A DNA stretch of 56,213 bases, the filler included, from Streblomastix strix (taxonomy: Eukaryota), in assembly GCA_008636045.1 (NCBI GenBank). It is 2 parts of 2 records of this genome, joined end to end, with 100 filler letters (N's around TTAATTAATTAA, not from the genome) between each part and the next. Parts side by side here need not be neighbours in the genome. Positions count along the whole stretch, not along the records: positions 28,214 to 56,213 come from SNRW01000134.1; 1 more part is not named here. One strand, given 5' to 3'. The translations under genes were made by a program, and so were the position numbers. The notes beneath the pieces are model-generated. The model searched no databases and was not told where the DNA came from. It saw only the letters and a list, made by a program, of their open reading frames with translations. Every line of letters starts with the position of its first letter. The first letter of the stretch is position 1. This document shows positions 46,739 to 56,213 of this stretch, one piece after another.

Positions 46739-49104
46739 ATGTACGGTCGTCATGGAGCCTCACAAGATCAGGAAGTAACAAAAGTCCCTGTTTTGGATCA
46801 TCCTATTAACGTGTATCCATTGCTAAGTGATGAATTCATTGTATTTTGTGCTCAAGAACCCCATAGAATCCCAAATCATATGAGGCATATTGTAGATGTG
46901 ACAGAGAATTAACTAAATGGGAATATGAGCTTCCAGTCACAACTGCAGTTAATACAGCCTCATCCACCTCTTTTGCAGCCGATCAACCAATAAATTCTAC
47001 CCCATGAACCAATGCAAATGGCCTTTCTTTAACCAAATAGTATAAATTATTCACTAATATAGATACAATAAACACCACTTATACCCCCATAATCTCGGAT
47101 AATGTCAATTGGACCACATCCATAAGCTTTATAAATTAGTCCGTATGGGTAATAAGTTTAGAGTTAATCGCAGCTTCCACAATTATCACCAGCGTTGCGA
47201 CCTCCTGTGTCTAATTTTCAACCAACATCCGCTGGAGTGCGCTAATTTTCACTGGTGAAATCTCAAACTTAAAATCCTGAACAATATACCCAATAAGCTT
47301 AGTTATAACACTATATTGGTTAGAATTAATCATAATTCTTATAATCTTCAAATAATGTTTCAGTGAAATGGTAACAACCTCAATTAATCAATTAATAAGG
47401 TATTTTAATAGCATTCATTGTTTTATATACATAGATTAATTTTTATTTATTTTTTTTTATAAACACTTATTTATTTTATTATATTTATATACAGAGGATT
47501 TATTATTTCAACCACCATCCAATTAAACTCATTATTAAGATAAGAAAAACCAGAATAAAAAGAAGCATAACAATTAATCGATATTGTCTCCAGCGATAAT
47601 GTCATATGATTGGTAGAATTAGCACATTTCACTCAAAGAAGCAACAGAATAACATAAAGATAAATAAGAAGAGAAGAATAAAAAGAATGAGGGGAAAGAT
47701 TAAATTATTTCCTCATTTGATCAGCCAATGCAAAATGATTAGATTTAGTAAGAAGATTTATTAGGTTCAACTTCAAATGATAGCAAATTAGATTATACCA
47801 ATAATTTGAAGTAATAATCCTAAATAATTAATGAAGCACCAAACCCTAACTCAATTTAATAATAACAACAATTTCAATCTCCTTTATCTTAATCACATCA
47901 TATTGGTGAATAATCATCTTAATCTAATCTTGTTAGTGTATAATAATTATAAAGAGAATCATTACTTAAATAAACATTCTTGACAAATCATACTCAATCA
48001 TTTACATCTTAGTAACATCCTGAACAGCAATAAATGATACCTTCTTTATCATCAAATGTGTCCATTGAATAGCGAAACTCACCATAACAGAATATTACTC
48101 CAACTTTTTCTTTTTCAACTCCTCCCACTGCACATAAACACAAAATCCCTTAATAATCTTAAAATAATGACCAGAAATAATCTAGAAATACTGATCAACA
48201 TGAAATTCATAACTAATCATTATTTTCTGCACAACCATAGGAATAATAATAACTTTAGATACAACCATCATCTTAATCCATTCATCACAAAGGACATTCA
48301 GAATAATTAAATAAAATCCCAATTTAATCCTAACGAAATAACCAATTCTTTTACAATACATTAAATAACAATCATAATAATGGAATAAATAATGGCTTTA
48401 ATGGTGATGGAGCTTAGATACCATTTAGAAATTCAAGCAATGGTTTCTCAAATGGACTTAATACTATACAAATGCAGAATTCTCCAATAGTTTCTCCATC
48501 TTCTCCACCACCTCTTGACTTCAATCCAAGTTCTAGTTATACTTAAGCACCTTTATCTTTCTTATTATCATAAAATGGATCAATGGGGTCTCCATCTTCT
48601 TCAGGATTATAAATATAAGGAGCCATTTAAAGATAACAATAACAACAATAATAATAATTTCAACAACAATCATAGTTATAGATAAATTAATAATCATTAT
48701 TACCTTCTTAGTAATCGTCTTATTCAAAAACAAATTAAATGACACAATTCTCAAATAACATTTCTTAATTTAACGTGTAAAGATAAGTTCCTTTTGTTTA
48801 ATAATCAAACACACACCAATCATATTTGCATTCGCAATAATAAGAACCTTTACCACAATTTAATCCATAACACGATTAATTTTCTGATTCTTTTAATTAA
48901 TTATCATCATAACACTAGTAGTAATCCACTTATCCTAATTAATAGAACTCAATCTAGAGTTCTTCTTAATAGATCTCATAACCATTTTAATCTACGGATA
49001 TTTTGCTTTCACCAAAAAAACGAAAATCTCGACGTTAAACGAACTAAAATCACTTTTTTTTATTCAAATTTTAACAAAAAAATATTTTATTGCACATTTT
49101 TTGA
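46739..49104 (+). CDS. Hypothetical Gln/Ser/Asn-rich low-complexity protein with C-terminal NLS-like SPKKRKSRR
   Basis: ATG 46739, intron 47400-47494, ~750 codons open only with TAR=Gln; first TGA 49102-49104 (3' end uncertain). Confidence 0.7.
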
Positions 49105-50564
49105 TTAATTAATTTAATTTATTTTACTTTATTAATCTTTTATTATTTCATCACTATTTTGTAAAGCGTCATATTTTTTTTATTATCATTTTTATATTTT
49201 GAATTAATTTTGAGAGGATGATTAAATTTGAAATCAAAAATACTATAAATCTCTTTATTAGTTAATTATTTTATTTTACTTATATATGTAATTATTGATC
49301 TCCATACTAAATATTTGTTATTGTATTCTTCCTATTTATTCTACTCAAATTCTAATTTAAAATTAATACATCATATTACACATTTTAGCAAATATGATAA
49401 TCACCATTTTTTACTTGGTTCAATATGTCTTTTAATTACCAAGTAATTTTTTGAGCCTAATATTTTTTCTTATTTTTTTTATTAATTATTTTATATATTT
49501 CAAAATTGCATTCTCATTTCTTTTCTTGAATTCATATTTTAAATTTAAATATATATTTAAATATACAACATCAAATAAATAAAATATTAGCTCGATATTA
49601 TCTATTTTATTTTAAAGATAAGTTATAATGATAATAGTCAAAAACAAAAAATTTTCTTCATATAATAGATAACTATAAATCTATTTCACTTCCATTTTTA
49701 AAAAATTAGTTAGAGTCAAATTTGCGAACAAAAATAGATCTTTTGTAACACTAAAGCGTTGGTGATTTTTAGAGTCATAAAATAACTTGAAGCATTTAAA
49801 TAAAAAAAATGCACTGTTGAATTTATGCTTTTTCATTAATGTTTATTTTGACAATTATTTAGAATAAATAGAAATAAGATTAAACTAGTATGCAAAGATG
49901 ACTTAATGAACAAATAATTTTCTTATAATCTCCATAGAATTGAACCCTTTTCAACTAAACCTGACTTTATCCAATATTTTCTTCAAATTATCAAATTTTA
50001 TATTGATTTTAATATATTAATTACATTCGATAGTCAAAATATTCATTGTGACTAAAATAAAACTTAAAACTATTTTTTACAAACAATTTTCTAAATTTTT
50101 CAGCTATACAACAAAAATTCTTCATTATTTATTTATTAATTTATCGGAAATAAAGATTTCCAACAACTTCAAATCTTAATGAAGGAAAAATACTTTCTTT
50201 ATTCCTTAATTATGGATTGCGCTACTTACAAAATTTCTATTTTTCTTTTACTAAATCAGAGCATTATTTCAATTACAGATTATAAATAGGCTCTCAAAAA
50301 TGGATTGAATAAATATAAATCATTTTAATTTATTAAAATAACTACATTTTCTAAATCAGAATTATTATTTTTATCATAAAAACGAAAATATATAAAGACC
50401 AGATACTATATTGAATAATCAAAAATCTTAAACAAAAGAATTTTACCATATGTTCATTTTTTTAAATATTGATCATTGAAGAAAGTTTAGGATAATTATC
50501 ATTTGCATTTATTTATTTTTTTATTTTTTTATTTCGTAGAATTAGAGAAAATTCTAATTAGAAA

Positions 50565-51518
50565 ATGACACAGAAGGATCTTAAGGTATTAATTAATAAT
50601 TATTCATAAATGATGAACCTCTTTTTTATTTGTTTTATCAGCTCAAACTAGTTCATGTGGGAGATGGAGCTGTTGGTAAGACTTGTCTTCTTATGGGTTT
50701 GTTTATCACTTCTTCTTATTAATAATTTCATTTATAAATAATTTAATGTGGCTCGTTAACATATTGTATTATATATTAGTCTATGCTAAGCGAGAATATC
50801 CAACAGGTATGAAAATGATTTATTTTTTTATAATCATGTATTTCTTGCTTTTATTATCATTACTTTTACAGAGTACGTTCCAAGTATGTAAATATACATT
50901 AAATGAAATTTTTTATTGAGTTTATTTATTCACAAATCACATTTTTCTATTTTCTTATTCTCCAATCCTCGACAAAACGCAATATTAATTTTTAATAGCG
51001 TATGCAAAAGCACTTTTTTCATTAATTAAAATCTGAGTATATTTTTTTGTTCCTTTTCTTTTACATTTCCTTCTTATTGCAGTGTCTTTGATAATTACAC
51101 ATGCACAGTGCCAGTCAATCAGTAACGTGTATAACTCTCACTATGGGATACAGCAGGACAGGAAGACTATGATGATATACGACCCTTCTCATATGAAAAT
51201 ACAGATGTATTCCTCATCTGTTTCTCAATAAATCAAAGAGAGACCTTCAACAATGTGAGAGATAAGTGGGTACCAGATGTACGTGCAGGGCAGTCTCCTA
51301 AAGCTAAGATTATCATAGTGGGCACAAAAGGAGATCTAAGAAATGATCCCAGTGTCCCTGTAATTTCTCTATCTGAGATTGAATCCATGCGCAAACAAAT
51401 CAAAGCAGAGTCATATGTCGAGTGCAGTGCATTGAGGAACGTAGGAGTGAAGGAAGTGTATGATACTGCAATACGCGTCTCCCTCCTATCATAGAACGCA
51501 TGTTGCAGTATTCTCTGA
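50565..51518 (+). CDS. Rho-family small GTPase (Rac/Rho-like) with CaaX CSIL
   Basis: Exons 50565-50585, 50642-50696, 50780-50806, 50872-50883, 50999 (1 nt), 51083-51518 give GDGAVGKTCLL...EYVPTVFDNY...LWDTAGQEDY...VGTKGDLR...ECSAL...CCSIL*. TAG 51492-51494 must be Gln to reach the CaaX box. Confidence 0.95.
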
Positions 51519-51776
51519 TTACATTATCTACATATATTAACCACACACAGCATATCTCTCTCTTCTTGGCAACTCACATTCATTTTCCCTTATATATATC
51601 AATATTCACATCATGTTTCGTGCCTTAATAAATTATATATACTGATAAATATAATGATATTATTATTTTCTTTACTTATATTGAATTTTATATAAAACTT
51701 TGGAGGAATAAGTTATAATAATAAAAAAAATATGAAAAGAAAGTGAATAAAGATGAAATAAAATCTGTTTATATGT

Positions 51777-52310
51777 TTAATTTGGATCAGGTGAAGTGCG
51801 ACTGACACTTGAAAATACCATAAGGCTTCGTTTGAATGTTGGAGATAGAGAATATCTTACAATTGGATACTATTCTATTTCATCTTCACCCTCGTCATAT
51901 TAATGTTTCTTATTCTGTGGAGATTTAGAGCGGCTATTCCTATATTTAACTGATACATTCTATCCAAATGAAGTCAAAGTCCTACTTTATGATAAAGATG
52001 TGAGTGTTTTGCTCTGATACTAAGATCCTCTTGACATACTTTGGGATATGGAAGTTTGCCTCATTCTGTCTCGTAATCTTTTTTTAGTCTGCTCATCTTC
52101 TAATTACTATATACTCTTCTTTGTATTATATACATCAGGGACTTTCTTATTGTTAATCCAAGACATTTATATTCTTAACTTTCGCTCTTCTGGAGTTTCC
52201 AGAAGTTGTATATCTCGCCATTTATCAGCCTCACGTATTTAGTCTATTTCATTAAATCTGCGCTCAATTTATTTAATCTTTTCCAACGTACAAGCGCCAA
52301 GTCTTGTCAT
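51777..52310 (-). CDS. Hypothetical basic S/R-rich protein (3' end uncertain)
   Basis: MTRLGACTLEKIKQIERRFNEIDQIREADKWRDIQLLETPEERKLRIQMSW... is open ~177 codons to SRTSPDPN-TAA; first in-frame TGA only at 51606-51608. Confidence 0.65.
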
Positions 52311-52866
52311 TAAAAATATTAATTTCTGAGTGAAAATAGATTTTTTTGGAGGAATAAATAGGATCAGAAAAAAAATCTTGATGTGTTATGTGCTATTTGG
52401 TATAAATTTGAAATTAAACATTTTAAAAAGAAGAATGAATAAAATTTGAATTTGTATTAATATCATTAAATAATATATTATTTTGCAGGGGGAGTATTAT
52501 CGGCATTTTTGTAAAAAAAAGTCGGATTCATTTAGAGAATAATGACATTATTAATAAGAAAATAATGTATTGAAAATATGTAAAAAAATAGCAAATAGAA
52601 AATTAATATTTATGAATTTAGTATTGATAAATAGGATGACTAGGAATTGTGAATTCTTTGTTTAGTTGGTTTTTCTTGCTAAGGTATTATGAAATCAATT
52701 ATATTTTATATGTAAATAGATAGCAATAATTTGTTTTGCTTGCAATAAAATTAAAAACTGAGAAATTATAAGAGAATCTATACAAAAAGAAGTATCGTTA
52801 GATATTAATTATAAAAATGCAGTTTGAATAATTGAATTTTATTTATCATTTACAGTTTATTAGTTT

Positions 52867-53131
52867 TCATATAGGTGCGATGTTCTTCTTAACATGGAAG
52901 ATCCTCACCAACCCTGTTTCTGAAATGAAAGCCTCTTCTAACCCAACAAATCGGATGTCTTTCCCACCCACAGTCTGTCTTCTTACAACATCAACACCTT
53001 CCTTGTAATATGAGTTATTTTCCTAACTATTAAAGGATTTTATTTGACAAAATTATACAATTTTTGTTATTAAAACATATCCATAATCATTTTTCCGATA
53101 ATTGCTTTATAAATAACACATACATTTGCAT
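52867..53131 (-). CDS. Isolated STT3 (oligosaccharyltransferase catalytic subunit) C-terminal fragment; 55-aa mini-ORF or gene relic
   Basis: ATG CAA AT|intron 53123-53027|T TAG GAA... gives MQIQENNSYYKEGVDVVRRQTVGGKDIRFVGLEEAFISETGLVRIFHVKKNIAPI*, matching the STT3 end motif G.D.VR...IG.KD.....LEEA.T.E..LVRI..VK. Confidence 0.6.
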
Positions 53132-53203
53132 TTCTTTCAAAAGCAATAAGTGAATAAATATGTCATATATATATTATGAATAACCTCATTATATTTATTG
53201 AAT

Positions 53204-54090
53204 TCACATAATATCATCCAGTACATCATCAAGATCATCCCCGTCATCAACATCACCAAAAACATCTTTTTCCTTCTTACGGGATTATTTCTGTTAAACT
53301 GATTATATTAGATGATTAAAGTTAATAGATTGTATTAATATAAACAATGAATATATAGTTCATAATACCTTTCTTCTTCTTTGAATCTTTATTTGCAGCA
53401 ATACGTCCATTAACAATTATATTGAAATGTCGATTAATGTCCTATAGTTCTTCAATTGTTAGGGATGATTTTGGCATTTTATTTGAAGTGGGCCCACTAG
53501 ATGATTATGCAGCCTTAATATAGAATAAAAAAAGCAATAAAATAAAAAATATAGGAAAATGTTTTGGAAGCAAATATATAATAAATTCATACTTGTTATT
53601 CGCTTTAAAATGCTAATTTGCACGTATTTTTGAAAAATGATACAAAATGTGGGCTCTTTTACAGTTGAATGAGCTTGATTGCAAGCTTCTCTGCGTATGC
53701 CTCAAATTACGCAGGCGAATTTGGAATAAATGAATCGAGATCAACAACTACTTCTTTTTTCTTCTCAGTTTCAGATTAGGGAGGAGGGGCAAATGGATCA
53801 AAATCAACAACTGCCGTGGGAGCTATAAATTAATATAGTTGGGTATTCCAAAAAATCAAAAAGAAGGTATACAAATCCCTCTTTCCAAGTTTTTTTTCCC
53901 TTGAGATGGAGATACTCCAGATGGTGATATATCTGATGAAGTTTTTTATGAATTTTTTACAGGTTTAGTTTCTTTTTCTGGCTTTTTTTCATCTTGCTCT
54001 TGCATCTCCAGTTCTATAATAGAGAATAAGTCAAAAATAAATAAAAATAATGATAATTAGCACACCCCAGTCTTCTGGCTCGTCAGTCAT
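53204..54090 (-). CDS. EIF3J: Eukaryotic translation initiation factor 3 subunit J (Hcr1)
   Basis: MTDEPEDW|E acidic N-terminus; FIPNSPAQFEAYAEKLAIKL...KSPHFVSFF...LTIEELQDI...IIVN...KKKK; acidic end DDVLDDIM*; 4 introns. Confidence 0.8.
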
Positions 54091-54501
54091 GAAAATTAGT
54101 CTAATGCGGAAAATAAATACAAAATTAATGTAATAATAGTTATTATTATGCGTTTTCATAAGCAAGTGGAGAGAAAATGACAATTTTATGATTTGTCCAT
54201 CGATATTGGGTATTATAAGTGGTCTTGTTAAGAAAAAAAATAAAAAATAAAGTTTGAAGGAATAAATAAATGAAATTAGCAAATATAAAGACTTTTGGCT
54301 TGCAGAAAGTGTCGATTATTTACCAGGAGCGCATCGCAATAGTTGCTGAAGTATGAACCGATATATGTTGTTATTTAATTATAGTATCATCAAATATGCC
54401 TATTCATGAATAAAAAATTCCAGTAGACCCACTCATATCGCGCACTAAACTTTTTTTCTTTTCATTCGTTTTCTGCCAATTTTATAATTGCTCACAGGAA
54501 A

Positions 54502-56213
54502 ATGTACGTTATTTTTGCATTTATTCTTTCTGCTACCATATATGGTGCTGAGGAGAATGTTACTGATGTTCCTCTTATTCACACTGACAAAACTTTCGAA
54601 TCAACGATTGCACAGAGGAATACGCTTGTCGTTTTATATGTAACTTGGTGCCCTCACTGCAAAAGGCTTCTTCCTGAATTCAAAGCTGCAGCAGAGCTAC
54701 TGAAAGGAAATCAATCTGTATAGCTCGCCCAGATAAACTGCGAAGAAAACAAAGATGCATGTAAGAAACATGTGAAGGGCGGATATCCAACGGTTCTATT
54801 CTTCAAGTGTGACTATTATTACTTGTTGATGTTAAATTTTATATTAATCTATATTTAGGGGATAAGAAATTATTCCTTATGATGGGCCACGTACTTCTGC
54901 TGGAATTAAGTCATGGTTAGATGTAAATCTGCGACCAACAGTCTTCGATGCACATTCAATTGATGAAGCAAAAACATATGCTAAACAATTTGAGTAAGCT
55001 TTGATAGGGACTTTCTAATCTGATAAAGCACCAGAATACAAGAAACTCTTTGAACACGCCAGCAGCACAAGATCAAAAACAATTGTAAGAATTGCAGTTA
55101 TTAATCCATCTGTGAAGAAACCTTCCTTGGAATTCTATCACACTAAAATTGATATATCTGAAGCTGGACCATCATTCAGTGAAGTTGGAGCTAATTGGGA
55201 TAAAGAGAATATTAAAGAATTTGAGAATGCACATTCACCACCATTCTATTATGATGACCCATTTTCAACTCAATTGAGAGAACTTTAAACAGAAACTAAA
55301 GCAAAAGCTGTTCTATTCTACGATCCAGATTATGAACTGAAGTAATAAACAGATGCATTCTTTGAAGTGGCTAAGAAGTATAGAGGGAAAATAGGGTTTG
55401 CACTTGCTAATAAGAATATACATAGTAAGAAAGCATCTCATTTTAACTTAGGAAGTGAAATATACCCATCATTTGCTATAGAAGCTCCAATTGAATGGAG
55501 TGGATTAGAAGAATGGAATAAGAAGAAAGAATAAGAAAAGAAAGAATTAAATACTTAATAGACAACAAAGACCCCCAAATTATAAGATACATCATTGCTG
55601 CCCTTCTTTAAATCACATTTTGTTCTTCCAACTAAGAATACAGGATCACATGTCACAATCAAATCTGATTAAATGGCTTCATTCATTGATCAATTCCTCA
55701 ACGGGAAGATAGAAAGATCAATGAGATCATCTGATCTTCCTCCAAGAGCTAATTCTCCTTTCTCACCAGTTCTATAATTAGTTGGGAAGTCTTTCTCAAA
55801 GTTTGCTTTTGATCCAACAAAGTCAGTTTTGATCAGAATAACAACACCTTCATGTCAGTTGTGTGAGAAGACTCGTCCAATATATCGAAGACTTGCAACA
55901 GATATCAAAGAAATCATTGAATCTAAATCTACTAAAGCCAACTCTGATTCAAAAGCATTTGCTGAACAGTTTATAGTAGCTGAGATTGATGTTGATGAGA
56001 ATGATCTTCCTGCTGAAGCCACTGTTTTAGTTGAAGATATTCCTGATATTCTTCTTTTCTAAGCAGTTTCATCTTCAGATCAAAATACACCAAAGAGAAT
56101 ATCTTCTTATAGTGGCCCAATGACATATGAAAAGATTAAGAGATTTTTACGTGATGAATTCAAGTCTACAAATCTTCCTGCTTTCCCACTTGATATATCA
56201 CAGCATGTAATTG
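54502..56213 (+). CDS. Protein disulfide isomerase family protein (a-b-b'-a'), 3' end beyond window
   Basis: Signal peptide MYVIFAFILSATIYG; a domain YVTWCPHCKRL...INCEEN...GYPTVLFF; intron 54807-54858; x-linker GKIERSMRSSDLP...VLQLVGKSF; a' domain TPSCQLCEK. Confidence 0.9.

Noticed and set aside
49110..50560. AT-rich 1.4-kb spacer upstream of the Rho gene
   Set aside because: No supported coding frame, RNA gene or mobile-element hallmark.

Overview
AT-rich, intron-containing eukaryotic nuclear DNA that uses a non-standard genetic code: TAA and TAG = Gln, and TGA is the stop of every recognisable gene. The supplied standard-code ORF track is therefore largely uninformative. The code, intron style and a lineage-specific ARM-like family suggest an oxymonad such as Streblomastix (inference, not confirmed). 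The window is two contigs (1-28113 and 28214-56213) joined by an artificial N44-TTAATTAATTAA-N44 spacer. Genes: partial ADAT2, a ~3,900-codon Listerin/LTN1, an ABCC/MRP transporter, two ARM-like repeat genes, an EF-hand protein, a TMX3-like thioredoxin, a half DEAD-box helicase (Has1/DDX18-like C-terminal half only), a ZNF277/PRMT3-type zinc finger, a 42-intron Vps18, a Rho GTPase, eIF3j, a PDI and several low-complexity hypothetical proteins. Most striking: (i) a single-nucleotide exon in the Rho gene, which splits the invariant switch-I Thr codon A|C|T over three exons, plus a candidate 4-nt exon in the TMX gene; (ii) isolated in-frame TGA codons inside otherwise intact genes, including Listerin; (iii) orphan modules, namely an STT3 C-terminal mini-gene and a pseudo-helicase half. 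All family assignments come from motif recognition by eye; no database search was run.
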